Below are positions 50,150 through 63,315 of a stretch of 64,000 nt of DNA, piece by piece. The DNA comes from Amphiscolops sp. MND2022 (Eukaryota): the NCBI GenBank assembly GCA_964187785.1, contig OZ076409.1, positions 62,002,001-62,066,000 on the forward strand, given 5' to 3'. How positions within the stretch are numbered: position 1 is the stretch's first letter; every line of letters begins with the position of its first letter. Both the position numbers and the translations under genes were made by a program. The notes under the pieces are model-generated. The model was not told the origin of the DNA. It did not search any database and saw only the letters and a program-made list of their open reading frames with translations.

Positions 50150-51169
50150 TTTTGGGACGTCAATGTGCCCCAGCTCTTTTCCAGCACCGCTCAGCAGGGT
50201 GATTCGTTTTCTTGCATGTGGGGCATTCTGGGTATGTTGGACGTTGGGGCTTTTTACCGTTTTTGTCCTCCAGTTCTTTCTTCTTTTTCAATTTGGGGCA
50301 GCTCTTGCTTTCAATAGATGTGGCCTGTGGCTTTACAATATGAGCATTGTGCGTCTTTGTTGGCGTTTATACCATTAGACAGCAAATTGCTGTTACTAGT
50401 GGACGCAGAGGCCATTGTGGATAATGGTAGGTCATCTGAATTCCAATGCATTAAGTTCAAGCTCTCTTTCAAGATGAGCAACGATCTCTTCATAGGTTCC
50501 GTTCTACAATCGGGCCATATTGACTGATCGTTTCAATTTTGGAGGCAGTTTTGCGTACAACAAGCTGTCAATCATACTTTTCGCATTCTCACCAAATGTT
50601 TTTTCTGCCCCCTGGTCCAGTTCCTCCAAGAAATCCGGCAATTTCATGGTATTCGGGTCAAAAGTCAGCCGATGCCATTTGTGTTTTGCCGTTGCTTGGG
50701 ATTCCGGTTTGACGTATTTCCTCCGGAATATGACCAGCACGTCTTCTAGTGTCTGACGGTTTATGGAATTTATGTTCCTGAATGTCTGCAGGGCCCCTTC
50801 CCTGAGCAGGGAATGAAAGTGGTTAATTTTCATTTGCTCTGTCATGGCCGGTTGCATTTTAATCATCGTGAGGAACAAATCCTCAAAGAGTTCGAATTTC
50901 TCACTCTTTCCGTCAAACGTCATTGGCGTTGTATGGACAGGTCGGATAGTCATCGTTTGTGGTTTGTTTTGCAAGTTGACCAGGACGTCTGCTAGTCGAT
51001 TCAAAGGGTCTTGGGGAGTCTCAGGAGCCACTGTTTCTGGGGCTGGCAGAGTGGTGTCCAAAGAGACATTGTGGTTCGATTGCTGTCTCTCCAGGTTTGG
51101 GATTGAGTAGATTCGTCCAGTGAGGAATTCAGGAATTGGCTGTTGGGCTTCGTTAGCTCCTGTCACCAT
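50150..51169 (-). pseudogene. Gypsy gag (post-LTR portion) with zinc knuckle remnants
   Basis: FDGKSEKFELFEDLF...KINHFHSLLREGALQTF, and CSYCKATGH. Confidence 0.8.
51157..51168 (-). promoter_or_regulatory. Primer binding site TGGTGACAGGAG
   Basis: Begins TGG exactly where similarity to the 3' LTR ends. Confidence 0.75.
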
Positions 51170-52739
51170 TTAATGACTATGGCCTGCAGTGTCCTTTAGA
51201 TCACATGCAGACTTCTTTGCAAATTTTGATTTGAACCCGGATGAACATTCCCTATTTTCCTGACTATTTTGCGATATGCTAGCCTCGGTGTTCCTATTCC
51301 CTGAACATTCCAGAGGACATAGAACTTAAAATGTTCTGGATTTCGGGAATGACTCCCTCAGTCAAAGCATTGTTGATGGCTCTACTTAGCTGACTATGCA
51401 TCATAGACATCATTGCGTCCATTTCCTGAGATAATCCGAGGTTAAACTCATTTGAAAAGGTCTCAAAAGATTGTCTAACATCGTTTCGCCTAGTGGGGTT
51501 GGTTTCATAAGTAAAACTAGCACAATGGTTTCCCAAATGCGTGTTTGACTATACATCTCCTTGTACTGACGATTGTTCAATAGCATCGGCTAATTCTCTT
51601 TCTATGGGATTATCATTCCCATTCCCTAACATCACGTCCATATTCTCTGTATCGGACAACATGTCCATTTCTCTTGACTTTCTAGCTTTCGCTTTCTGAC
51701 GTCTGCTAGAAGGCATAAGAGATTATTGCAAGAGGTAGGAATTTGAATTTGGTTTTTTAGGCTTGCAAACAATTTTATTCGGGCATTTACAACGAACTGA
51801 TTGTGACTGGTCTAAGGCAATTTATATCCCCGGGACCACGGGTCCCGGTTGTTTATAATTAACCTAGCATGACATTCAAAATATTAGGAGTCATCAATCT
51901 ATTTTTAGCAACGATTTTCTAAAAATAGCAACTATCATGACGTAATTAATATACACACTTACATATGCATATATATGTATATAACAACTACGTCACAGGT
52001 TGTTCATGTTGTCTTATAGGCCGTTCAATTGAATTTCATCAGGCAACAATACATGTACATCAACTTGTATTCATTTACATGTAACAAATATGTATGAGGG
52101 TAGCATTTAGACACATGGTCCATAATTCATGACTTTTCAATATACAAACTGCCCATTTTGTTCTTCATTGAGGAAAGTTTGGAAACAAAAAAAGGGGAAA
52201 GGACTGGGAGTCCTATATGATCTCAAAGATGAACTTTAATCAAAGTACAAGCGTCTTCACTGAGACAATTTATTGGTCTTAATGGCCGTGTTACTTTGTT
52301 AATCACAGCACTGAATGTAGCACTTCTTTCAACCGGTGGTCCAATCGTCATAACACCGACGGTAATAAATACTGCACAATATGGTACTGGATTGCAAGTA
52401 TGCTGCGCTCTGATTGGTTAATATTCTCGCCGACTGCTAGTCCAAGGCGACAAGCAAAGGAACATTTGAACACGTTTCCTTTGCCTGTACGCCTTGGTGT
52501 CCAATTATTAACTCTTATGAAAAGCGTATTGCACTTTTACATGTGTACAACAGTAAAATGGACTAAGAGTACTAATTTTACAAGTGATCCGAATAATAAT
52601 ATTGAACATCATTTTAACAACATAAAATAGTGAAATTGCTAAAAATAGTTTTAGTTTAAGAGGAGAGTACCGGAAAGTTTTTGATGGCAGCTATAACTTA
52701 TAGTGTAGTAGTTTCCATCGCAGGCGGCAGCCCGCGACA
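51169..52739 (-). repeat. Truncated 5' LTR
   Basis: High-identity copy of 37048-38683; similarity stops abruptly at 52739. Confidence 0.9.
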
Positions 52740-53310
52740 ATACGAGGTTCCGTCTTGTTTGTATTTGTCTTTCGTGTTTGCCTCCTTGTGAGTTTGCTCC
52801 ACTGTTTCTTGCCAATATTCTTCTCATCTTTCCAAATCTGGTGCTATGTGAATTGAAATCAAAGCTTGCGTCTAGTGTGTTCTCATTCTCCACTTCTAGA
52901 AACAGCATGCTCTGTCTTTCAGTTTGTGTTCCGGAGGGCCTTGGTAATTTATTTTCTTCTTCGATCTTGATCTCCGTTTGCATAGTGATTTCTTGCGAGA
53001 ACGATATTTGGAGGAAACGACCGTCCGTCCGGCCATCTAGACCTTTTTCTGCTCTTTTTCTGCTCATCTGGACAATGTGTTATCCTCTTTCAATTTCCGG
53101 GCCGTTTTCATGACTGGTTGGTTTGTTTGTCTATCGCCGTTGTTGACAGGGTACTAATGTAGTATTGTTCCATTACCGAAACCCGGAATTGAGTCTGGTG
53201 ATATGTTCCAATAACATTTTAGCTCCGCTCTTGGTTTTCTTCCATAGTGTCCTTCCAACAGAGTTTCTTCTAATTTTGTATGGACCGTGTCATCATTGCC
53301 ATTAAAGAGT
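52740..53310 (-). pseudogene. Integrase C-terminal remnant of another Gypsy element
   Basis: Minus-strand TLLEGHYGRKPRAEL at ~53265-53220 resembles the TPxELxxGRKPR integrase motif. Confidence 0.5.
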
Positions 53311-53786
53311 GGACTAATTCCTCGTTCAAATTACACTCATCATCTAAATTCGTTAACATCAGATGTTTCGATTTGTTTGATTTGTCTGAGTTCAAATGTT
53401 TCCCTGTTAAGTGAAAATTGAGCGTTGTGCACATTTCCAACCAACAAAAAAGATTGATATTTGTAACCTGGCATTAGATGTCATGGCCTTGCCCATGCTC
53501 TAGAAAGTTGTCTATGATTTTTAGCTCAATCACGGTTATTTTAAATAGCACTCACCTATATCTTCACCCTCTTCGTTTGTACATTCAGAGTTCAGCTCTG
53601 ATCTCGTAGATCTTAGGTCCCCTTATAAGCTTGGGTTATCTTTAAAGTACGTATTGAAGAATCAAACTACTTGAAGCTGAGGAAATACCCTTTCATTGAT
53701 CGCTGAATTGAATGCTCCGTGTATTCGAGTATCATAGGTGTCTCTGATTTCTTGAAGTCTCATAAAAGGCGGTGATTGATTTCACC

Positions 53787-53955
53787 AGTAAGATTTTTCA
53801 AGGTGTCAATAATTTTTTCACCATTTGCACAATTGTATGTAGATGAGTACAAAATTCAGCGTAAATCGGACTCCGATTTACGCTGAATTTTGTACTCATC
53901 TACATACAATTGTGCAAATGGTGAAAAAATTATTGACACCTTGAAAAATCTTACT
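53787..53955. repeat. Perfect palindrome, 84-bp arms, 1-nt spacer at 53871
   Basis: agtaagatttttc...gtaaatcgga-c-tccgatttac...gaaaaatcttact. Confidence 0.95.
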
Positions 53956-56900
53956 CGGAGTGGTATGTCTAAATTGCATTTTATATACTAATATAACAAT
54001 CCAGAAATGGTCCAAGTCGGCGCCCTGCTCAAGGCACAAAAGTGTACTCGAAAGGGGACGTGGTTTTAGTAAAGCAACACAAGATAACTACATGATTTTA
54101 GTTTATATTTAGAGATAATTGTTATGATTACAATCAACTACTCGTTCACAAATGGAAATAACTCAGTAATGATAGAAACATCAAAGATTCGAGAGAGCAA
54201 TATTGCATCGAAAAACTCACATGCCACTGAATGAAAAGAAAATCAAGAGACAGAGATACTGCCAAAATTATTCTGCTGTCAACTTGATCTGTCATTCTCG
54301 TCAGTTTGAAAAATGAAGATAACACATTGGATGCGTGCACTGTGCCGAAAAGTCCAACGTGAACTTACAAGTGGTCATGAATTGTATAGAAGATAGCAAT
54401 TGTCTAAGGTTGTTTTCAAACTTCCTCATGAGAGATGCGTTGATGGAAAACATCACGGTGCAACGGATCATATCTATGAACTATCTTTGTCTTGATGATG
54501 GGTGATGACGAAATGGGAGTCAAAAGTGAATCTCACTTATCGACAGTTAAAAACTCCAGAAACTACAGAAACACAAAAAAGCTACACAAGAACTCGTTTA
54601 TTTAATACTTACCGAACATTGGATGAATTGTCCTCGGATAACAACAACTAGCAATTTCATGTTGAGAAGCAAGAGTTGTAGACTTCAATTGATTTAGAAA
54701 ATACACATTAAGTTGGAAACTTTTGACCTTTAATATACATCTCGACTACAAAGTATAATTTTTACGAGTTGTTACACGCGACAATGTTGAAACCCACGTA
54801 GTTTCACGTACTAAAACGTAGCGAAAACATGAATACCAAGGTTCCATGGATGGAATCGCATAGAATTAATTGGAATCGTGTTGAATTGTGTTTAATCGAA
54901 GGCTCCAAATGTATGGTCAAGTATCAAAACCTCATGCTGGATGAAATATACATTCTACCAGCATATGACATTAGTTCGTAACAATGCAGCTATTTATTGA
55001 TTGGAGGCTGTTTTTAAAACACCGAGTTGAAAGTTAAAAATTGAAACATTAGGCTACCAAAATGCTGGACACTCGATTTCGTTTACATGCGCGATACGTT
55101 TTCACATATTCAATTGGCACAACAAATCAGGGAACAAAATTTTCTCCAATTTCGATCCGAAGAATTACGTTACGTTTTTTTGTTGTTTTCCGCCAATCAT
55201 TCATATGGGAAAGGAAAATAATTTTAAAATTTGCCAAGCAGCAAAACTATATCCAAGATGAAGAGTTTCACCCATAAAATTCAACTGACGTAAAGTTAAT
55301 ATCATGCAAAATGTGTTTTTTGAGATTTTTGCAATTTTTTGGTTGACACAGAGACCCTGGAATGACACAAAGTTGACCTCAAAAATAACAAAAACTGCAA
55401 ATTTTTGCGATTGTTAACCTTTCTATGCAACTTTTGTCAGATCTCTAATAGATTTCGTGGCTTAGAATGTTGAAAGCGTTCAGAAGGGACAAAATTCGTG
55501 GTCCAAGAGGCTTTTAAGACAAAATGAATGCAAATTTTGAATTAGAAATTCAAATTCAGAACAAAATTGACGAAGTATCAAAAAAAGCAGGTTTTTGATA
55601 ATTTTATGCAATTTATGTTAAGTTTTTGATGGACTTGCTGTCTTAGAAAGCTGAAAACGTTCAACAAGCAAAGCATTAGTTGTCCGACAGGCTATTCTGA
55701 AGAAGTAAACGCAGTTTTCAATGGAACAAGGCTGAATATTGGGACCGAAAATGGCAAACTTTCCGTAATTCATCGAGTTTCCACGTATGCAACTTTTGTT
55801 TAATTTTCGATTGATTTAGTGGATCAGAATGTCGAATACGTTCAACAACGAATGAACTCGTTGTCCAAAAGTGTTGTTCGGGAATGTAAAGGCATATTTG
55901 ATATGAAAAATTGCCACAAAGACTCCAAAATAGTGAAAACGCCCATTTTTTCTTACAAATTTTGATTTTCCATCGTAATTTTTGTTACTTTTCAACGTTT
56001 TCATAGAACTCTGGAACTGTTCAACAAAAATTGAATGCGTTGACCGGTAGGTTTTTTGATTGAATAATTGCAAGTTTTTGATTCAAGAAACTTGCTTTGA
56101 ATTGACACCAAAAATGTCGAAAATTTCTTAACAATTGAAGGCGAGAAAAAGTTTGAAGTATTTTTTGATTGAAAATTAGAGTATTGAACATCAGAAACAC
56201 TTCAGAACAACCCAGTGTGTCGGAAATTAGAAAAATTGGATATTGTGGAATTTTTTGTGCAAATTCCTTGAAATTTTCGAAACGTTTTGAGGGTTGGAAT
56301 ATTATAATGATTCAACAACGATTGCAGTTGAAATCCAGTTAGCTTCTGTGGGAGGTACTTGCTGATTGGTGTTTGGAAAATGTCCTAATATGACCAAAAA
56401 AGTCAAAAACATAGAAATTTTTAAGTTTTCGACAACTTTAGTGATCGTTTGTAAAGTTTTCCGTGAGTTAGATGATCGTAAACCTCCAAGCGGTTTATCA
56501 AGCTATGCAGTACGCCTTCTGAAGGAAAAATTTGAATGTAGTTTTTCAAGTAGATTATCGCAAAGAGGTGAAAGATCCAAGACGTTTCCGGAAATCGAGT
56601 TACGTTAGAATTTTCAATCGTTAGAAAAATAAATACATTCAACAGCAAATAGACGCAATAAGGAGTTGACTTTTTGATTGTTTTAAAAAAGCCTCAAAAT
56701 GATCCGAAAATAGCCAATAAGTATAAAGTTTCGGCCCTTTTTGGCATTTTAAAGACAATATTTTGAAATTTTGAAAGATTTTGTAAATGAAAACTTTGAA
56801 ACCTTTTAGCAACAATTGAATGTATAGTTCAGTAGGCTTTTTGAAAAAATGCAAGTTATCTATAAAAATATGCCTAACTTTCACCCAAAAGAAATCTGAA

Positions 56901-58487
56901 TTCCATTTTTTTTCCAGGTTGTTGTTTTTAATGCAGTTTGTGTACAATTTTTAAAGAGTTTTGTGGCTCAGAAATACTCTGGCTTTCGAAACCCTCAAAA
57001 ACGATCAAACTAGCTTACAATATATCTTTTTTCTAAGAGAGATGCTGTTTTTTTGCGTCAAAACACATCACACTGACCCCGGTGAGTAGGAAATAAAAAT
57101 CCCAATCCAACATTTCACATGTTTCCTAGTTTTGAGAAGTTTCCATCGTGGGAAGAACGAAAACGATCAACAGCGAACAAATGCATTATCTTATAGGTTT
57201 TTGAAGATCAATCGCATTTTGGCGTTGAAGAAAAGCGTCAACACGACACAAAAACAGTCGAAAAAAACCAAAATTTGATTGTTTTTTGACAATTCAGCGT
57301 GTTATTTCATAAAATCACCAAAGCTTGGTATGAGTCGGAAAATCTAATCTTTTTATTCAAGCATGCAGAATGTGTAGAAAAAGTGTTTGTAAAAAGTTAA
57401 ACAGAACGACTTAAAATAATCGCAAACTCCAAAATTGTTCTGTTTTCGATATTTATGTGAGCCTTCCGAGGAATTTTGTAATTAAATAACGACTAAAAGC
57501 GTTATCCAAAAGGTAATTTTGAAAAGACAACTGCAGTTTCTAAAAAATATTCCTCGAATGAACGCGAAGTCGTCGAAAAATCACAATTTCCCAAGTTTTG
57601 ACATTTCAGTGACTTCTGGTCTAAAATTATAGAAATTGGTTGGTTAGGTTCAGTTAACTACACAGGTCAACAAAAAACAAGTAGCTGACAAGTGTGCTCT
57701 TGAAAAGTTTCCCTCTGAAATGGGATGACCTTTATGTCCGTTTTACAAAGGTTGTCCGTTTTTTCATCAAACTTGAATGCATTTTAGTGGTGCAATGTCT
57801 GCGCTTGAGCCTCAAGAGAATGTCGTTGCTAGAACAGCCTGGACAGAAAATATCCTGTTGGTCAGTGGACGTCTTGCTTTGTAATCAAAGAAAAATTAGG
57901 GAAGTAATAACAATTCGCTTCTTTTTGATTTTGGGAATTTTTCAAAATTCATCATACATTATTTCAAAATCCTCTGTTTGTGACAAAAAATAGCAATGGA
58001 ACAAACTTTGTATCTTTGATTCAGAGCTCAAATTTTTGATTTTATCACTGTTTCTGAAAACTCCCTCTTTAAAAATTCACATCACAAAATGATCACAATG
58101 AGCCAAATGTTCAAGTTTTTTCCGTTGATAAGTTTTATAAAGATATTACAATTGTTTTCGAGTGTTCATCTTTTGGAAAAACTTTCTCAGAAAAAGTGTA
58201 AGACAAAAATGTTAGAGATCGGTAATAAGGCTTCAAAAAAATCGAGTTTGTTTTTCTTCTGACCAACAGTTTTTGAGATATTGTGTTAAACAAATTTCAA
58301 AAACTTCCAAAACTCAAATTATTTTGTTACGAAAACTAAAAACCGTTGTAACTTTGATCAAAATTCGGGATACTTTCGCCACTGAAACGTTTAGAAAAAT
58401 GAAAAGATGAGAAGATGATGCGCCTTAAAACCTTTCGTGTGTTTTTAGTGTAGTAACAAAGTAACTTCGATTTTAGAATTTTGCTAT

Positions 58488-61400
58488 TGTGATGCCATGA
58501 TGTATGCCTCAAGTATTTTCATAATCCTGAATTATATCCAAACTCTTGACCTAATAGCTTGACAGATGTCACTTCATTTAGAACTTAATACTTCTTTATT
58601 AGATGCTGACATTTGGTGACTATTTCATTATAGATCTTTATAGATCTAATCTTATTGCTGTCACTTAGACTGATTTGAATTATATTTATTCCTAATAGTC
58701 AATGACGTAATTATTCTAACTTACCCATCAGAAGAATAACTCGAATCTTGTATTCAAGAAGCCTTCTCACTTAAGAAGAGAAAGATAGAAAATCTGAGAT
58801 CTCAGTCTTGCAGTCACTTAGTTTGTTAGTGAAGTAGGTCTTGTGAAACTTGAAAAGAAAAGTGGTAACTCGACGACGGCTTTGCTCAAGACTTAAGAAC
58901 TTATGTATACTTTGAATGATCTACAGACTAACATAACACGAGTTTTAAGCAGTACACTAACGTTCAAAGTCGCCGAAAATTTTCATATTTTGGTTCCTTT
59001 CATACCCAAAATTTTGAACAATCTTTCATTTTATATCTATAAACTTATGATACTTATTATATAACTACCTCTTCGTGGTCATTTTGGAATATACTATACA
59101 TTTTGCCCTTTCATACCAAATGTAACAAGTACGATATTACTCTTCTTTTGTACTATTCTTACGATTCTTGTTTAAACATTATTTGTGTAGAACAATTTTT
59201 CCAATACAATACATTTTTTAATACAGAACATAAACTCGTTCACTACATTTATCCTGTATTCAAAAAATATATTACAATAATTTGTTACAAAAACATACTC
59301 TTGTTTTATACACAAGGCTTCCATTTCCATTTGAACTAACTACAACTCAACGTAGAAACATACGTTCCATTATTCGAGATGCTAAACCTTTTTTAAATAA
59401 CATTTTTTTCAATTAACAAATCCTTTTCCATTTGAAACAGAACCACATTCTATACATACAATTCCGTTGATACAAGAACACTTAAATTCAAACTTAAATT
59501 ACATTCGATACAAGACATTGGATATTGATACCTCTCAAAACCCAATTCAAATCATCTTTAACACTGTTCAAAGCGTTATTACTGGAACATATTATAGAAC
59601 AGTTTACCCACAAAGTATTCCAATTACAATCCAAGAAGTTTTTGTTGCATATTTAAACTAATTGATTGAATACAATAATAATCTGGAACATCTTAAATAC
59701 AGACTTTCTCATTTAGAAAGTTTACGAGAAAAAGCAATCATTTCGAAGTACAGAATATTGAACCAAAAGTAAAACGAAAAAACAACCCTTACGATTGGTT
59801 ACAACAAGATTTATAACAAATAACTCAATTCCAATACAGATTTCTTCAAAATATATATTACTCAATGAAGACAATATACCTCAATTTAGAGTTCACTCTC
59901 ACTTTTTCCTCAAATGTTTTAGATTTAATTACCATTTTTAATGGGAAGAAGAGGATTAAGTTGCTTTCAAAAATTTCCCCAAGCTCTTACACATACAGAA
60001 CTTCTACTTTTCATCATTCACGAAGATAACAAACACCCCTTCTTCAAAGATCCTACAAAACTGCATATACCTTACTTTGAGATCATCTTGTTTGATCCTC
60101 ATTTTCTTGTTGAACAGTCTGAAACGTCTGATAGTAGACAATATTCAACTTCTGATACAACTATTGAAAATTTCGATTTCCACTATGACACCGCCACACC
60201 ACAAACTGAACAGATTTAAACATTCCAAACTGATCAAATTGAAACACTTCATGACCAACGAGACACCTTCCATGATACACACCATGTATTTAACGAATTT
60301 TTACAACCTACTCAACAAAATCAAAGTACACTCACTCACTCTTGATAATACATCAACTGTTCCCTATGAAATTAAAACGGATACTCATGAAACTAAAACT
60401 GATACTCGTAGTTTCACAGTTACTACAGACTCCAAAACTCCTAATATTCCTACAGGACGAATTGAACACAATAACAATGATAACAAAACTACTTCAATAC
60501 AAAATGATTCCGCATTTATTAGTACACAAAATACTACTACCACTCAACCAAAACATCTTCACAACAATTTACACGTTCTTATGATCCACCTCCGTTACCT
60601 CCTCAATTCTCTACACAGAGTACTCCTCATATGACTCCACAACAAGGTTCTTCAAATATGAAAATTGTACAACATGTTACTCAAATTCAATCTCAACAAA
60701 CCACTCTTCGTACACCACCAAATACTCCAGCTCGAACCAGTACTAATCTGACGTACAACCATCAACCTTTACAATGAATACAATTCATACCAATCCACAA
60801 ACTCATCCAACAACTCCTAGAACGCTATCTAGACCTCCATTACCTATTATTCCAAGCAATCCATTTTCGTACAATCTATCAAGTACTAACATAAACAATA
60901 CTCAACAACCCTCAGCAGTATCTCACACACAATCTGCCACTCTTCTTATGAATTCATTATCTACTTCTCAAATACCACAAATTCTTTCAAATACCATAGG
61001 AACTAACTCACACATTTACACAATCAAAACTTTCCCAACTTTCAGTACACTAAATATCTACAATATAGCGCCTACTTCAAATGTTTATTATCATACAATA
61101 CCTTCTTATACACTACCTCTTACTACTCTATCAAACCAACCTATATAAACTCTTCTGCTTCTATATCTGAACCTATAAATTCCTTCTATGGCTTAGATCA
61201 TAAATATACACCTGAAGAATGTTTACAGCACATTGAAGCACGTTTTACACTTTCAATTGTTTTACAACCCTCAACTGAACATTAATACAAATTTAGACAC
61301 GCTCGACGTATGGCTTTCGTACCATGCTCTTAGTTGAAAAAAGCTGGTGTAATTAGAGCGCCTCAACGATAAACCTAAAATGTAACGAAACTTTCACCAA

Positions 61401-62676
61401 TGGTTTAGCAAAAAATCTTGTAGATTTTGCCGATAAAAAACAAGTCAAACATACTTTACTGTGTTAGAACCTTCAATACCCTTTCCTTGCATTAGTTAAA
61501 CTGTCGACGCTGAAGATATAGCAAATGATAGAATTCGTATACATGACCTTACTTTAGAAGTGAGCAATATTACAAATCAATTACAATCCCAAAATATTGA
61601 ACAACAACAAGAACAACTTATGTTCACTCAACCCAGAGATCCAAATAATAAAACAAAACTTGCATAAAAAGATTGCTCCTATTGTCACAGAACCAATCTA
61701 TCTTTTTCATCTTGTTTCAAAAAACATAGAGAATATGGTAATAAAAGAGAAGCCTATGCGAGATCAAAATCTCCACAAAAGTGTTTAGTACAATACTTTC
61801 GTTCAAACTCTACTGATTGAACAAAAAGAAACGATGACCGATCAAATGAAATTTACAATCGACAACGCAGTCGAAGTACATCACCAAACAACTATTATAG
61901 CAAAAAATATTCTCACAGAACAGATATCGTTTTACATTACGAGATCGAAATCATCATGACAGAAGCACTACTCCTCAATTTTATACACGTTCTCGATGTG
62001 ATAACTATAAACGAGATTCTAGATCTCATCGTTCTCACGATAGATCACACAGATCACCTTACAGACGCGATTCTCGTCCTAGATACAGATCACGTTCTTA
62101 TTCAACAGACAACAATTTTACAAGATATACTTCTTCATTCAGACCTCCTTCAAGACCAAGAGATTCTAGATGTTCTAGATCCCGCTCTCATTCCAAAACA
62201 AGAAACAAAGTTAATACAGTACAAGCGCAATCAACAAATGACCCTCTTAAACTTGAAGTACACCTGTACCACTCTACAGAAAAGGATAATGCTTTGACAG
62301 CAACCAGTTAGTTTTACTCATTATGTTCACATACTTCCGGAAGACATAATAAATGTGACTACCCATCACGACTAGAACTTTTTTGCTTTTTGATTTTTCT
62401 GCCTATATCTCAGTACTTAGTTATCCAACCTATATTACAGTTGCAAAACTTCATAATATAACCAATCATAACACGACACCTAATTCCTTCAAAACACTAA
62501 CGGATGCTAATCAGACAGATGTCCCTATATTACATTATCTAACTCTCACACTGAACACAACTAATGATGATATTTCTCGAGATTTCATTATTCCAATTGC
62601 AGTAACTGATATCAAATACAACATTTTTGGCACTCAATTTTTCGAAGAATACACACAAAAGATCAACATACAAGCG
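58488..62676 (+). mobile_element. Decayed A/C-rich Gypsy-like element (putative LTR, gag, protease), truncated
   Basis: gag-like FYGLDHKYTPEECLQHIEAR (~61180-61245), knuckle CSYCHRTN (~61674), an Arg/Ser-rich tract, and protease-like LFDFSAYISVL...YNIFG (62383-62630). Possible PBS TGGTTCC at ~58991. Boundaries approximate. Confidence 0.6.
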
Positions 62677-63301
62677 TGTACGAAACCAGAGTTGGTGGGA
62701 CATAGACACCACTTTTTACTAGGCCTTGGTGGGACGGGCACAAGGTGGGACATAATAAGTGAGACGTCATTTTTCACATGGTGCAAAATGCCTAAAATTG
62801 ACAAAGAAACCATTTGAGAAAATGTTCCACCAAGTGCCTTACACTCCACACCTACACATTTTTACAGCACCGACAAGCGGCCAGAAGTTGTCATCGATGA
62901 AATCCGCGTTTTTGATTGGTTAAACGGATTGTGTGTATGTCCCACCAACAACGCGTGAAATGGCCCCATGTGTCTCGGCCTCTGATTGGTCGGCGAGAAT
63001 GCTGTGTGTATGTCCCACCAACGCGGGTTGTAAACTTCGGCTTCTGATTGGTCGACGACATGTCGAGTGTATGTCCCACCAAGTGATGGGTTTTTGAAAA
63101 AGAACGAACGCCGACCTCGGATTGTCAAGTCGTTTTTATCGGTGCAAGTCCCACCAAGTATGATAATTTTCTTTTCGTCATTGACCTCTTTAAACGTTCA
63201 TGTTGCTTCATTCTAACACCACATTACTATGATTCATTTATGATGTGACCGACAGGGTATGCACCAACAATGCTTGTCCCACAAACTCCAAGTTTCGAAC
63301 A
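62677..63301. mobile_element. TIR MITE with internal GGTGGGACA/TGTCCCACC repeats
   Basis: Imperfect TIRs tgtacgaaaccagagttggtgggaca / tgtcccacaaactccaagtttcgaaca. No TSD found. Confidence 0.6.
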
Positions 63302-63315
63302 GTTTTTAAAAATCA

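Larger units (their letters stand above)
37048..52739 (-). mobile_element. Large Ty3/Gypsy LTR retrotransposon with ~3 kb LTR and antisense cargo gene; 5' LTR truncated
   Basis: 37048-38683 is a direct repeat of 51169-52739. PBS TGGTGACAGGAG at 51168-51157. Domain order is gag, protease (LIDTGA), RT (YVDD), RNase H (LTDAS, TDNKS, ADYLSR), integrase (CETC, QIDLL, ITDKGS, ERTH). Confidence 0.92.

Noticed and set aside
52651..53067. 138-aa minus-strand ORF ending in AACDGNYY
   Set aside because: Fusion across the 52739 breakpoint between an unrelated integrase tail and the truncated LTR ORF.
54000..58480. AT-rich region with short ORFs
   Set aside because: No recognisable motifs, termini or splice-consistent exons; probably decayed repeat, so left unannotated.
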